Sequence record: OQ718158.1
DNA: 64,000 nt
Strand: one strand, 5' to 3'
The notes beneath the pieces are model-generated. The model did not search any database. It saw only the letters and a program-made list of their open reading frames with translations, and was not told the DNA's origin. A program made the position numbers and the translations under genes. This document shows, piece by piece, positions 20,591 to 31,473 of the stretch (the first letter of the stretch is position 1; every line of letters begins with the position of its first letter).

Positions 20591-20619
20591 TTGACATGAT
20601 GTTTTTGGTTATGTATAAT
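20591..20619 (+). promoter_or_regulatory. Canonical sigma70 promoter
   Basis: TTGACA-N17-TATAAT with TG extended -10. Confidence 0.8.
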
Positions 20620-20649
20620 ACGCACATACACAAACAAAGAGACAGAAAT

Positions 20650-21747
20650 ATGCCAAACGTAAGTATCAACAAAGAAGAGTTTATCAACCAAATGACTGCT
20701 AAGTATGGAGAATTTAACTTCAGTACTTTAGTATTCAAGGCAAGTAAAACAACAGTAAAATGTAACAAGTGTGGGAAAGAAAACACCAAGTCTGCACTTC
20801 GTCACATTGCATGTACATGTGCATCATGTTATTCAAACATGTCACAGCGTTCAAACAACGACACATTCATCAGTACTGTAGAAACTAAATTTGGTAAAGA
20901 TAAATTCAAATTTGATAAACTAAATTACACTAACGCTATAACAAAAGTAACACTATTTTGCACTGATGAAGACCATAACGATTACTTTGAAATTACACCA
21001 AACAAATTTCTTTCTGGTAGGGGATGTCCAGTCTGTAATAAAAATGAAGCATACAGTACTGAATCATTCATTGCAAAAGTAAAAGAAAACTATGGCGATG
21101 CGTTTGAATTTCCAAATACCAAATATGTTAACAATAAAACGGAAGTTACCGTATATTGCACACGCGGTAAACACGAATGGACTGTTTCAGCCCAAACTTT
21201 ATTGAAGGGTAAAACTGGCTGCGGTACATGTTCTGGTAAAGGTGGAAGAAGCACTGAACGTTTCATTGAACTTGTGTCGCCTATCCATAACCATAAGTAT
21301 GATTATAGCTTGGTTGAATATACTTTAAGCGAGAATTATATTGATATTGTATGTCCGACTCATGGTGTCTTCTCCCAACAACCAAAAGCACATATGGCTG
21401 GTAAAGGATGTCCATCATGTGGTGAATATGGATATCAACCATCAAAACCTGGATATTTCTATGTTCAAAAACTAACTAACAATGACAAGACGGTGTACAA
21501 GTATGGAATCACTGGTGATATGAAACGCCGTGTCAATGAACAAAGCCGCAATTCTGAGTTCGAGCATGAAGTACTAGTAGAACGCTACTTTGAAGATGGA
21601 AATCAACCATTACTGTTGGAAAAGTTCATAAAGAAATACATTGAAAGTGGTGTTGTAAGTACTGAAGAGTTACCTTCAGGATTTACTGAAACTTTTGATG
21701 CTAAGTATCTTGAAAGTGTTTTGGAAATTGTAAATACTTTTAAGTAA
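20650..21747 (+). mobile_element. Putative free-standing homing endonuclease (repeated Cys/His zinc-ribbon modules plus GIY-YIG-like C-terminus)
   Basis: Repeats of F...Y.....V.I.C..H...F...P..hL.G.GCP.C; C-terminal FYVQKL...YKYGITGD.KRR. Confidence 0.7.
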
Positions 21748-21770
21748 ACAACCATAAGGAGTTGACACGG

Positions 21771-22121
21771 ATGTTAACTGTATACATTTTTAAGAAAGAA
21801 GAGTACTTAAAGAGTCAGTACTCAAAAATTGAGATTAACGTTCCATACGGGACTTTAGTTGGTTATGATGAAGCTAGTGAAACTTTGTATTATAATGATG
21901 ATAGACTGGACTATAGTATTGATTCATTTATTGAAGACATACTTAATAGTAACACTGAAGATATGTTGTATGAAGAATACTTAGATAAGTACAAAGAACG
22001 TATGTCAAAGTTACATGCTGATGCTCCAGTACTGAACATTTCAAAAACTCCTTCTGAATTCGAGCCACAAAACCCATTCCAACGCCTAATTGATGCTGGG
22101 GTAAATTTCCGAATTACTTGA
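21771..22121 (+). CDS. Hypothetical protein
   Basis: AAGGAG RBS 9 nt before ATG 21771. Confidence 0.7.
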   Translation: MLTVYIFKKEEYLKSQYSKIEINVPYGTLVGYDEASETLYYNDDRLDYSIDSFIEDILNSNTEDMLYEEYLDKYKERMSKLHADAPVLNISKTPSEFEPQNPFQRLIDAGVNFRIT

Positions 22122-22160
22122 TTAATAAATATCTTCATATTACTGATGGAGATATTTTCT

Positions 22161-22469
22161 ATGTCACAGATATGTTATGTTATAGTAAATGATGCATGGC
22201 CTGATTATGTTAAGATAGGATTTACCAGTAAATCTGAAATGACAGAACGTTTAAGGACATATCAAACTGCTACACCTTTTAGAGATTTTGTGGTATACCA
22301 TGAAGTACACTTTGAAGATGCACGTTTAGCAGAGAAAGAAATTCACAAAAGACTAAAACAAATGAACGCAGTAAGGCAACCTAACACCGAGTGGTTCAAG
22401 ATGCCTAAGAAGATAGCAGCGAACATCGTTGATTCTGTTCTTGACGATATGGAAAACGACTTGCTATAG
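22161..22469 (+). CDS. T5orf172/GIY-YIG-like nuclease-domain protein
   Basis: CYVIVN...VKIGFT...RL..YQT...E..IH...TEWF. Confidence 0.75.
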   Translation: MSQICYVIVNDAWPDYVKIGFTSKSEMTERLRTYQTATPFRDFVVYHEVHFEDARLAEKEIHKRLKQMNAVRQPNTEWFKMPKKIAANIVDSVLDDMENDLL

Positions 22470-22510
22470 TAATAAATATAGTATATATTAATCATTAAAG
22501 GGATTTATAC

Positions 22511-24139
22511 ATGAGCATAAGTTTTAATAACCCACTGGATACTATGACTAGTACTGGTGCTAATGGATCTTTAGAACTAATAGTGCTTGGTGGTACACCA
22601 ACTAATCCAAGACCTATTCGTTTTAATTCATCTTCTGTCATTTTACCAGTACAGGCATTGCCAGCAGGTGAGCAAGGTGCTATGGTATTTGATAGAAATG
22701 AGTTGGTGTTGAAATACCACAACGGTACAAGTTGGATTGCAGTATATGATACTGATACAATTCTTGAACCAATCCGTATTTCACTCGATGAAGTGAACCG
22801 TAAATTGAATTTAAAAGTTGAAACAGTAACATATAGTAGTAGTGCTGTCCCAAGTGCGAGCATTAGTGGTACGAATTTAAATATTGTATTCCCTACTCCA
22901 TCAAGTAGCGGTAGTGGCCCAACAGGTCTTTACACTTCAATGAAGCCTGGTGCAATTACCCAGTACTCATTGACTTCTGGACAAACTGTTGCTAGTATTC
23001 GTGAACAGATGTCTGGAGTAACTAATGGTCAAAGTGGTCGTAATGGTACACAAGGTTCTCCGTGGAAAACTTCTGATGGTTGGTGTTTTGCTGATGGAAT
23101 GTGGTGGCAATGGGTTGGTGAAAATGGTACAATCACTAAACAAGTTCCAAATCTTAACCAAGAAGCATACTTGAAAGGCATTACCACATCAGGCGTAACT
23201 AAAACTGATAGTGTGATTGCAAGTAGTGCATCAATTAGTGGTACTGCGATATCAATTGCTCAACTTCCACCGCACTCATTTAGTTTCAGTGGAACTACTG
23301 GTGCTGCTGGTCGTCATGGTCATAGCCAAGCACTAAAAGGTATGGACAGAAGTGGTCTTAATGCGTTAACATCCAGTAACGACAACGGAATCCCAACTGT
23401 AATTAATAACATTAACGAAGCACCTGATCACGTGCATAGTTTCAGTGGTTCTACGAATACTGTTGGTAGTGGTCAAGCACACACCCACGGAATTAGCAAT
23501 ATTGACGTACCACACTTTAATGTGGCATACTTATATAACATTGCTGAGTCCAACGTTGCTTTGAGTGAAAAAGTTGCAAACACTCGTTATGTACTGAAAA
23601 CTGGTGATACAATGTCTGGTTCATTGAGTATTGCAAACAGTGCAACAATTCGTTCAGACGACACATCTTTGGTACTTTACTTCCGTAACGCGGCAGGAAC
23701 TACTGAACGTGCAGCAATTTATCATAGTTCATCAACAAATACATTACGTTTGAGAAGTAATGGTGGTTCGGAAGTTACAATTAACTCATCTGGTGTACTT
23801 TATGCCCCATCAGTAACTGGTGCATCATTGTCTATTTCTGGAAACACTGCTACTGTTGCTAGTAAAAACATCGTCAGATCTATTAATGGTAACAACGCTG
23901 ATGCAAGCGGTAACGTAACTTTAACTCTAGGTGCTGTACAAGATGTTCGTTTAAGTAAAAGAACAACTACGCGAAGTGTTCCTGATTCTTCTTGGAACTA
24001 TGTACCAGAAGGTGCTACACTTGATGGGTTGTTTATTTCAGTAAATGGTAGTTCAGGTACACACGTTGAAGGTTTGAGTTGGAGATATACACAAAAACTA
24101 GTAAATGGTGTATGGACTAACGTAGTAGTGGAGTCTTAA
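22511..24139 (+). CDS. Tail fibre protein with collar domain and HxH repeats
   Basis: DGWCFADG/VPNL collar-like segment; HSF, HGH, HVH, HTH motifs; QDVRL C-terminal domain. Confidence 0.75.
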   Translation: MSISFNNPLDTMTSTGANGSLELIVLGGTPTNPRPIRFNSSSVILPVQALPAGEQGAMVFDRNELVLKYHNGTSWIAVYDTDTILEPIRISLDEVNRKLNLKVETVTYSSSAVPSASISGTNLNIVFPTPSSSGSGPTGLYTSMKPGAITQYSLTSGQTVASIREQMSGVTNGQSGRNGTQGSPWKTSDGWCFADGMWWQWVGENGTITKQVPNLNQEAYLKGITTSGVTKTDSVIASSASISGTAISIAQLPPHSFSFSGTTGAAGRHGHSQALKGMDRSGLNALTSSNDNGIPTVINNINEAPDHVHSFSGSTNTVGSGQAHTHGISNIDVPHFNVAYLYNIAESNVALSEKVANTRYVLKTGDTMSGSLSIANSATIRSDDTSLVLYFRNAAGTTERAAIYHSSSTNTLRLRSNGGSEVTINSSGVLYAPSVTGASLSISGNTATVASKNIVRSINGNNADASGNVTLTLGAVQDVRLSKRTTTRSVPDSSWNYVPEGATLDGLFISVNGSSGTHVEGLSWRYTQKLVNGVWTNVVVES

Positions 24140-24140
24140 T

Positions 24141-24659
24141 ATGAAAACGTATACAAATTTCAAAAAATATATCCCAGTAGAAAAAAAACATGGAGATAAT
24201 GTTCTTTATCTATTGTCAGATGAGGGTGTTGACTGGTATGATTGTCAAACCGAATTCAGACAAGATACTTTAAAAGTTCAGTACTCTGAAGATGGATATA
24301 TCGCACAAGCATCATATGATGTAACATTGTTAGTACCGTATGGATACAGTGTTTCTGAGTTGGAGCATGATGGAGATGAAGATGAAGTAGTTGGTAAAAT
24401 CTATGATGGAAGTAAAATTTCTGATTATGTTGAATCTACTGATGAAAAGATCAAACGTCTATCATCTGAACACAAAGATCTAAGAACTGTAGCAATTAAT
24501 GAGTTGAATAACCTTAAGATGGCAATCGATCTTGAGGTAGCAACTGATTATGAAATAGAACTGTTTCCTAAGTTGAAAGCATATGTTCTTGAGCTATCAT
24601 CTCTAACAACATCTGAATTTAGTAAGAAGAAGTTTTCGTTCCCTGTTAAACCTGTTTAA
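24141..24659 (+). CDS. Tail fibre assembly chaperone (Tfa-like)
   Basis: LYLLSDEGVDWYD...LKMAIDLEVATD...LKAYVLEL...FPVKP; directly follows the fibre gene. Confidence 0.75.
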   Translation: MKTYTNFKKYIPVEKKHGDNVLYLLSDEGVDWYDCQTEFRQDTLKVQYSEDGYIAQASYDVTLLVPYGYSVSELEHDGDEDEVVGKIYDGSKISDYVESTDEKIKRLSSEHKDLRTVAINELNNLKMAIDLEVATDYEIELFPKLKAYVLELSSLTTSEFSKKKFSFPVKPV

Positions 24660-24668
24660 AAGTTTTTT

Positions 24669-24696
24669 GGAACAAAATCGTAAGTAGTGATACAAT
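24669..24696 (+). promoter_or_regulatory. GGAACA-N16-TACAAT promoter
   Basis: Variant of the recurrent motif, upstream of the dsbA-like and polymerase genes. Confidence 0.6.
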
Positions 24697-24757
24697 GTAG
24701 TCATCTTACAGCGGTTGTGAGATGACATTTTTTCAAAACACATGGAGAAGCAAACAA

Positions 24758-25063
24758 ATGGCAAAAGCTAAAAAAGAAGTTAAAGTTGAAATTCGTGACC
24801 TAAATGATGAACAACGTAAACGTCTAGGTGATGCACTAAACAACGCAGTAGTACAACTTACTTTTATTGACGACACCAAAGCATCCTATGCAGATTTCAT
24901 TAGTTCCATCTCTGATGAACTAGGTATTGATGCATCCGATATCAAACAAGCCGCTCAACGTATCTACAAAGGCGATTACTTTGATAAACAAAACAAACTC
25001 GATAACATCGAAACTATCCTAAGTGTTACTAACAATTTGCCACAAGCAGATGACGATTACTAA
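24758..25063 (+). CDS. T4 DsbA-like dsDNA-binding protein
   Basis: ISDELGIDASDIKQAAQRIYK resembles T4 DsbA AKDELGVDGKMFNRLLALYHK (recalled from memory). Confidence 0.55.
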   Translation: MAKAKKEVKVEIRDLNDEQRKRLGDALNNAVVQLTFIDDTKASYADFISSISDELGIDASDIKQAAQRIYKGDYFDKQNKLDNIETILSVTNNLPQADDDY

Positions 25064-25145
25064 TAAGTACTAAAAACTAAACTTTATAGCCTCCAATGAA
25101 TGGGGGCTTTATTTTTAACTTAATAAACGTAAAGGAATACAAACG

Positions 25146-28100
25146 ATGTATATCGATGCTTATATGGAACGTAAACGTACTGGTGATATTTTGCACGTAG
25201 CAGAACGTAAAAACGGTAAACGTATTCTACGTCAGTTGGACCCAGTATATGAATATTATGTTGAATCTCCTACTGGTGAACACAAAACAATTTATGGAAC
25301 TAACGCAAAGCATTTGGAGTTTGAAACTCAATCACAGATGAATAAAAGCGTTGAGCAACATAAAAATGAAGGTCTACGTATTTTTGAAAGTGATTGCAAC
25401 ATTACCTTCAAGACGTTGGCTAGAGAATACATGGGTAAAGGTTCGCCGGATTTGAACGTAGCATTTTTCGATATCGAAACCGACTTCCATAAGAAGTTTG
25501 GTTATGCTCCACCATCAGATCCATTCAACCGTGTAACTGCAATTTCTCTATATCAATCATGGACTGGTAAGGATTATGTACTTACTTTGCCACCTGCTGA
25601 TATGGAAATGTACGAAGCACAAGATATTGTTCGTCAGTTAAACGAAGAAACTAACGACCCTAACAGTACTGTCATCCTTTATACGGATGAGAAAGAAATG
25701 TTTATGGAGTTCTTTAGTCTAATCGATGACTCTGATGTAATTTCAGGTTGGAACAGTGAATTCTTTGATATTCCATATATGGTCAACCGTACCAAGAAAA
25801 TCTTCAACGAAGCAACTACTGCTCGTTGGTGTTTGTGGAATAAAAAACCAAATGCTCGTGAAGCTGATAACTTTGGTAAAACTGTAGTAACATATGATCT
25901 TATTGGTCGTGTACACTTAGACTATCTTGCTCTTTATAAGAAACATGCTGGTCAAGTTGAACAGTCGTACAAACTAGATTATATTGCTGAAAAAGTAACT
26001 AAAGAAAACAAAGTATCCTATGAAGGTTCATTGGATAAACTATACCGTGAAGATTACATTACATTCTTGCGTTATTCTAAGCAGGATAGTATTCTTCTAA
26101 AGAAAATTGATGCTAAATGTGACTTTATCAACCTGCATAACCGTCTTGCTCATAAAGAATGTGTACTAATTAGTACTACAATGGGTTCGGTTGCACTAAT
26201 CGACACTGCTATCATCAACCTTGCTCACAGTCGCGGTGAAGTTGTTTTTAACAAAGCACCGAAAGATGATATTGAGTTAGATCCAGAGATGGAGTACTAT
26301 GGTGAAGAAGGTGATGAAGAAGATGAGAAAATCAGTGCAAAAGCTGCTGGTGCATGGGTTCAAGATCCAGTTCTTGGCCTTGTTAGCGATTTGGGATGTA
26401 CAGACTTTAACTCATTGTATCCAACTGTACTACGTACACTTGGCATGAGTACTGAATGTATTCTTGGTCAACTTCGTCAAGATTACACTGATGCATATCT
26501 TGCTGCTAAAGTACAAGAACAAAAAGCTAAATCCAAATCTAAAGCGTTTGAACCTGATTGGACCGCAGCATGGCATGGTTTATTTGCTGCTGTAGAATTT
26601 ACAATGGTTCATGAAAAATCTGACAAAACTTTGATTGTTGATTTAGAAGATGGTAGTTCGTTCAATGCAACTGGTAAAGAATTGTATGATATTATCTTTG
26701 CTGAAGACAGTACTATTGTACTAAGTGCTAACGGAACACTTTTTGATAAGTCTAAGTATGGTGTAATCCCAGATATTCTTACTCAATGGTATTCTGAGCG
26801 TAAAGCACAACAAAAAATGGTAATCGACTACAAACACATGTATAGTGATGGGTGGGAATTCAATGGTTCTGAGAAGGTTGAACCTTTGCTATCTAACTAC
26901 ACAAGTGGTACAATGTTCCGTACAAACTTACATGACAATGATCCTGTTTATCTATTACGTATTGCTATTGGTAAAGGTCAATGGGAAGAAGTTGCAAAAC
27001 TCATTGTGGAAAATGGTTTAGTACTGAAAGATGGTCGTATTTTCTGTGCAACGGAAGATAAGAATTACTTCAAACAGCAAAGTGCATTCTGGAAACAGAA
27101 CCAGCAAATTCGTAAGATTCTTCTAAACAGTCTATATGGTGCACTATTGAACAAAGGTTCACGTTTCTTTGATAAGCGTTTAGGTCAGTCCGTTACCTTA
27201 ACTGGTCGTTCTATGACTAAACATATGGCAAGCCGTATCAATGAAATCACTACTGGCGTTTATAATCACCAAGGTGGCTCTGTGATTTACGGTGATACCG
27301 ACTCCGTTTATTTCAGTGTAACTCATTACCTGAAAGAACAAGGTATTCCATATAATCTTTCTAAAGAAGAAATCGTTGACATGTATATCAAAATCGGTGA
27401 TGAAGTTGGTGAATCATTCCCTTCATTCATGAACGAAATGTTCAATACTGGTATTGAGAAAGGTAAGATTGTTGGTGCAGACCTAGAGATGGTCGGTTCC
27501 CGTGGTCTATTCCTGAAGAAAAAGCGTTATGCAATTCTCAAGTACTGGGAAGATGGTTTCCGTAAAGATGTTGATGGTAAGCCTGGTGAAATTAAAGCGA
27601 TGGGTCTTGAAATTAAACGTTCAGATACGCCAAAATACATCCAGAACTTCCTAGAAGAGACTCTAATTGCATTGCTGGTGGGTGAGTCTGAAGCTCAACT
27701 TAAACAGCGTGTACGTGACTTTAAAGAGGTATTTAAAGACATGCCTGTACACGAAAAGGGTTCACCGAAAACTGTTAAGAACTATACCAACTTAGAAGCA
27801 GAATATGAAGTTTCTGGTAAATGTAAAGTTGGTCACGTATTAGCAGGTATTCAATGGAACCGTCTACGTGAAGTATATGATGACAAAACTGTACCTGAAG
27901 TAACTGACGGTACAAAAGTAATTGTATGTAACTTAAAAGATAACCCGATGGGTATCAAAGCAGTAGGTTACCCAATTGACTGTGTGGAATATCTACCTGA
28001 ATGGTTCTTAGAACTACCATTTGATACAGAGAAAATGGAAGAAATAGTTCTAACTAAAAAATTAGAAAACATTTTTGGTATTCTGGATATGGATATTGGT

Positions 28101-28151
28101 ATTCATGAGAAAAGCACAGCAGCCGTTAATAACGGATTCTTCACCTGGTAA
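25146..28151 (+). CDS. gp43: Family B DNA polymerase
   Basis: Exo motifs FFDIETD and SGWNSEFFDIPY; polymerase motifs DFNSLYP, KILLNSLYG, YGDTDS, KKRY. Confidence 0.96.
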   Translation: MYIDAYMERKRTGDILHVAERKNGKRILRQLDPVYEYYVESPTGEHKTIYGTNAKHLEFETQSQMNKSVEQHKNEGLRIFESDCNITFKTLAREYMGKGSPDLNVAFFDIETDFHKKFGYAPPSDPFNRVTAISLYQSWTGKDYVLTLPPADMEMYEAQDIVRQLNEETNDPNSTVILYTDEKEMFMEFFSLIDDSDVISGWNSEFFDIPYMVNRTKKIFNEATTARWCLWNKKPNAREADNFGKTVVTYDLIGRVHLDYLALYKKHAGQVEQSYKLDYIAEKVTKENKVSYEGSLDKLYREDYITFLRYSKQDSILLKKIDAKCDFINLHNRLAHKECVLISTTMGSVALIDTAIINLAHSRGEVVFNKAPKDDIELDPEMEYYGEEGDEEDEKISAKAAGAWVQDPVLGLVSDLGCTDFNSLYPTVLRTLGMSTECILGQLRQDYTDAYLAAKVQEQKAKSKSKAFEPDWTAAWHGLFAAVEFTMVHEKSDKTLIVDLEDGSSFNATGKELYDIIFAEDSTIVLSANGTLFDKSKYGVIPDILTQWYSERKAQQKMVIDYKHMYSDGWEFNGSEKVEPLLSNYTSGTMFRTNLHDNDPVYLLRIAIGKGQWEEVAKLIVENGLVLKDGRIFCATEDKNYFKQQSAFWKQNQQIRKILLNSLYGALLNKGSRFFDKRLGQSVTLTGRSMTKHMASRINEITTGVYNHQGGSVIYGDTDSVYFSVTHYLKEQGIPYNLSKEEIVDMYIKIGDEVGESFPSFMNEMFNTGIEKGKIVGADLEMVGSRGLFLKKKRYAILKYWEDGFRKDVDGKPGEIKAMGLEIKRSDTPKYIQNFLEETLIALLVGESEAQLKQRVRDFKEVFKDMPVHEKGSPKTVKNYTNLEAEYEVSGKCKVGHVLAGIQWNRLREVYDDKTVPEVTDGTKVIVCNLKDNPMGIKAVGYPIDCVEYLPEWFLELPFDTEKMEEIVLTKKLENIFGILDMDIGIHEKSTAAVNNGFFTW

Positions 28152-28161
28152 GGAAAATATT

Positions 28162-28302
28162 ATGATTATTGCAGACGAAACTAAACTAAAATATGACGAA
28201 GTAAATGACGTATTCTCTGATGAATCACTAGCACTGTCTGAGGACAGTGTTAACGAGGCGTGGGAACAGTACGTTTTATGGAGTGCATCCCAAGGAGAGT
28301 AA
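28162..28302 (+). CDS. Small acidic hypothetical protein (46 aa)
   Basis: AAGGA RBS before ATG 28162. Confidence 0.5.
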   Translation: MIIADETKLKYDEVNDVFSDESLALSEDSVNEAWEQYVLWSASQGE

Positions 28303-28303
28303 T

Positions 28304-28606
28304 ATGGAAAATATCTATAAGCGTGTTGGTGCAGTACTGGAAGATAGTACTATCGTAAATTCAGTACTTGCATACAATAATGATGATGAAGTTGTTCTAA
28401 TGTCTGCTGGTTTCACCAGAACTGGTTCTGTTGAAATTGACGGTGAGATTGTTGACGTCTATTCTATTGAAAAGAAACGCAAAGTTGTCATTGTTGAAGA
28501 TGTTAACACGTTAAAAGACTTAGAACATCTACGTTACAAATTCAACATTGGTGTAGGTGCAAACGCTGATAAGCCGTACCTTAAACGTTGGAACACAAAA
28601 TACTGA
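28304..28606 (+). CDS. Hypothetical protein
   Basis: AGGAG RBS before ATG 28304. Confidence 0.7.
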   Translation: MENIYKRVGAVLEDSTIVNSVLAYNNDDEVVLMSAGFTRTGSVEIDGEIVDVYSIEKKRKVVIVEDVNTLKDLEHLRYKFNIGVGANADKPYLKRWNTKY

Positions 28607-28615
28607 TAAAAAATT

Positions 28616-28643
28616 GAGACAAGCATCATTCACGAGATATAAT
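28616..28643 (+). promoter_or_regulatory. GAGACA-N16-TATAAT promoter
   Basis: Exact match to the recurrent motif. Confidence 0.75.
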
Positions 28644-28710
28644 GGTGCTTGTAGTAATCTGAAGCATACAAAAACATTTTTGATTAACAAATAAAACGGA
28701 GAATTATATA

Positions 28711-29442
28711 ATGGATCTACGCAACGTACTACGTGACCTAGTTAACACTACCAACGGCATCGACTTTTCTTGTATCGCAGTTAGCAGTGAAGACCGTGGT
28801 GATGGACAGCGTGTTTACATGGAAGCATACACCGATGACCGCACCCTAGTTATGCGTGCTCACACTAAAGAAGACGTACCAGAAGTTCAAGGTCGTTTTG
28901 GTCTTGGTAACCTAGGTCTTCTACAGGGTCTAATGTCTCTAAAAACTTATAGTACTGAAGGAACTACTATCACTTCTAATTTGAAAGATGGTGCAGTTAA
29001 GAGCCTAGCATTCAAAGCAGAAGATGCAAGTACTACTTTCATGGTTCAACCAGAAAAACTAATTCCAGCCCAGCCTCGTTTCCACGAACAACCATATGAC
29101 GTACAGGTTACACCTAGTGCAGCTAAAGTTCAGGAACTAAAAAGCTTCTCTGGTGTGTTTAAATCTTTCAGTTCTCTAGTAACTCCATACACTGAAGGTG
29201 ATACTCTTTACTTCCACGTTGGTGAGAAGAACAAAAGTAACCACGTTGGTGCACTAGCATTCTCTAAAACTGAAGGTGAACTAGGTCTTGGTTTTGGTTA
29301 TAACATTGACCGTGTTCTACAAGCTCTATCCCGCGTTTCTAACGCAGAATCTGTTACCCTTGGTATTACCAAAACTGGTATGCTAAACGTAACTCTAGAC
29401 ACTGGTATTGCGGTATACAAGATTTACGTAACAGGTTGCTAA
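28711..29442 (+). CDS. Sliding clamp (gp45-like)
   Basis: FGLGNLGLLQGLMSL resembles gp45 FAIYDLNxFLSILSL; size ~240 aa; highly expressed codon bias. Confidence 0.6.
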   Translation: MDLRNVLRDLVNTTNGIDFSCIAVSSEDRGDGQRVYMEAYTDDRTLVMRAHTKEDVPEVQGRFGLGNLGLLQGLMSLKTYSTEGTTITSNLKDGAVKSLAFKAEDASTTFMVQPEKLIPAQPRFHEQPYDVQVTPSAAKVQELKSFSGVFKSFSSLVTPYTEGDTLYFHVGEKNKSNHVGALAFSKTEGELGLGFGYNIDRVLQALSRVSNAESVTLGITKTGMLNVTLDTGIAVYKIYVTGC

Positions 29443-29509
29443 TATAAATAATGGGGAACATGGAGTTCCCCAAATTTTTGATTTAAAAATAAGTAAAGGA
29501 AGACAAAAA

Positions 29510-29716
29510 ATGCCATTATATACATATCGTTGTGAAAAAGAAGAATGTAAACACAGTTTAGAAAAGATTGTAAAAATTGCCAATCGTGAAGAACCTCATG
29601 ATTGTCCTCAATGTAATGGTGAGAAGACTATGAAGTTGGAAGTTTTTACCCCTGGTGATAAAGGTGCTAATCTTTATTTCCGTGGTAAATGGTTTGCAAA
29701 CACTGGAGGTTACTGA
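29510..29716 (+). CDS. FmdB-family zinc-ribbon protein
   Basis: MPLYTYRC...CPQC. Confidence 0.8.
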   Translation: MPLYTYRCEKEECKHSLEKIVKIANREEPHDCPQCNGEKTMKLEVFTPGDKGANLYFRGKWFANTGGY

Positions 29717-29717
29717 T

Positions 29718-30020
29718 ATGAAAATTAAAATGATTAACGATTATGTACTGGTTCGTCAAATTGAAGCACAGAATAAAAGTACTGGTGGTATTATCCTAGG
29801 AAACGTGGAACCACCATGTGTTGGTATGGTGATTTCAGTTGGTGAAGGAAAAGTACTACCTAATGGACAAATTGCAGAACATAATATTTGTGTTGGTGAT
29901 ATGATTGTATTCGGTCGTTCATCACTAAACACTCCTATCACTGAAGATCTTGGTGGTGGTGAAGACACATATTATGTGATGAAAATTGAAGAAATTTTTG
30001 GTAAGAAATCAAATGGCTAA
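29718..30020 (+). CDS. groES: Co-chaperonin GroES-like
   Basis: DYVLVR...STGGIIL...GMVISVGEGK...VGDMIVF. Confidence 0.88.
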   Translation: MKIKMINDYVLVRQIEAQNKSTGGIILGNVEPPCVGMVISVGEGKVLPNGQIAEHNICVGDMIVFGRSSLNTPITEDLGGGEDTYYVMKIEEIFGKKSNG

Positions 30021-30738
30021 AAAAAGGTTTATTCCTTTCTGGATGGTCCCCGCCCACTGGGGACTTTCTGGTAAAGCGAAAGAGATTGCGAAAGCATACT
30101 ACTATAACGATGATTATGAAGCTGATATGTTAGTTGCAGAACTTACATATCTAACACCATATGAAGTTGATGTAGCACAGTTGGATATCAAAAAGAAATA
30201 CAATGTATTAGAAACTCTTGATTATCTAATAGCACAGGCAGATGTACAATTGAAGTATTCCAAGATTACCCGTGATGAGTATAATGTAAAATTACTTGAT
30301 GCCAAATTGAGTACTGGTACAATTACTCAAAAAGAGTATGATATGGAAGTAATCGAACTAATGCCTGATGGTGATGACAAACGTCTTAAAGCTATCGAGT
30401 TTGCATATCGTTATGAAGAGATTACACAACAAGAGTATTCAAAGGAAATCTTTACTTTACGTAAAGAACCTTGGATTGATTTGGATGTAGTACTTAATCC
30501 AGAAACAAATGAAGTTGAATTTGTTTTTGATTATAATGAATACTTTTGGAAAAAGTTAAAAGCGGAAGGCCATCCAGGTAATGATGAAGAAGAAATTATT
30601 GACAACTTCGTTAGAGACATGGGGCGTAAACTAGCTACGGATGATTTCAGTGATGATTACGATGTAAAGCTAGTGAATGCGAACGAAGGGTTAGAGAATC
30701 TACCTGGTTTACCTGAAGGGTTCCGTTCATACAAATAA
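30013..30738 (+). CDS. Hypothetical protein
   Basis: Open frame with normal codon usage. Confidence 0.75.
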   Translation: MAKKRFIPFWMVPAHWGLSGKAKEIAKAYYYNDDYEADMLVAELTYLTPYEVDVAQLDIKKKYNVLETLDYLIAQADVQLKYSKITRDEYNVKLLDAKLSTGTITQKEYDMEVIELMPDGDDKRLKAIEFAYRYEEITQQEYSKEIFTLRKEPWIDLDVVLNPETNEVEFVFDYNEYFWKKLKAEGHPGNDEEEIIDNFVRDMGRKLATDDFSDDYDVKLVNANEGLENLPGLPEGFRSYK

Positions 30739-30740
30739 AA

Positions 30741-30770
30741 AAAAGGAGAGCAAAAGCTCTCCTTTTCTTT
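30741..30770. terminator. Bidirectional terminator
   Basis: AAAAGGAGAGC-AAAA-GCTCTCCTTTT between convergent genes. Confidence 0.82.
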
Positions 30771-30783
30771 TATCTTTAATTTA

Positions 30784-31473
30784 TTAAACCATCGCTGGGA
30801 TGAATTTGAATAGTTTGATACCGAAGTCACCAGCAGCATCAGCAGCTTGGGAACGTAGAACAACTTCAGTAACACCATCTTTAGCGAGTAGTGGAACTGC
30901 GGTTAGATCATCAATTAGTAGACGGCCTTCTTCGATTTCAGTACTTGGAACGCCTTGGAAAGATTGAATATCTTTATCAAATACGTTAGCACGTTCAACG
31001 AGGAAAGTAACTACTGAAGCACTAGCGATATCAACAGCACCAACACTTAGGATACCGTCAGCAGCGTTGGTAAAACCAGTAACTGCAAATGGCTCAGCGT
31101 CGTTGCCAGCGATTTCGGAAGTAGCGATGATAACTGCACGTTGTTGAACAACATCAACGATACGTTTAACGTTAGTTTGTGCAGCGTAAGCAGCGTTATA
31201 ATCAGCTTCTAGAGTTGCTGCTTCAAATGGAGTACCATCGATACGGATGATACCTTTTTCGTTTAGATATGCAACGATTTCATCAGCTACGTCAGTGTTT
31301 AGGAAACGTTGTAGACCAGCGAAAGAACCAACTGCACCAGTAACACGCACGTTAACATTACCAATTTTACTAATTGCGATAGATGCTAGGGCGTTTTTAC
31401 CACAGAAGTAACCTAGAATTTTATCAAAGGAATAACCATTGATGCGTTCAAAAGAAGTATTAGTATTAGACAT
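30784..31473 (-). CDS. Abundant virion structural protein (paralog 1)
   Basis: Capsid-like codon bias; shares QQRAV..TS and FxxERxxVFDK with its neighbour. Confidence 0.6.
   Translation of the reverse strand: MSNTNTSFERINGYSFDKILGYFCGKNALASIAISKIGNVNVRVTGAVGSFAGLQRFLNTDVADEIVAYLNEKGIIRIDGTPFEAATLEADYNAAYAAQTNVKRIVDVVQQRAVIIATSEIAGNDAEPFAVTGFTNAADGILSVGAVDIASASVVTFLVERANVFDKDIQSFQGVPSTEIEEGRLLIDDLTAVPLLAKDGVTEVVLRSQAADAAGDFGIKLFKFIPAMV

Noticed and set aside
21762-21773. In-frame CGG in the track ORF MTRMLTV (TTG ACA CGG ATG)
   Set aside because: The SD abuts the TTG, while ATG 21771 has proper spacing, so this CGG lies in the 5' UTR and is not a counter-example.
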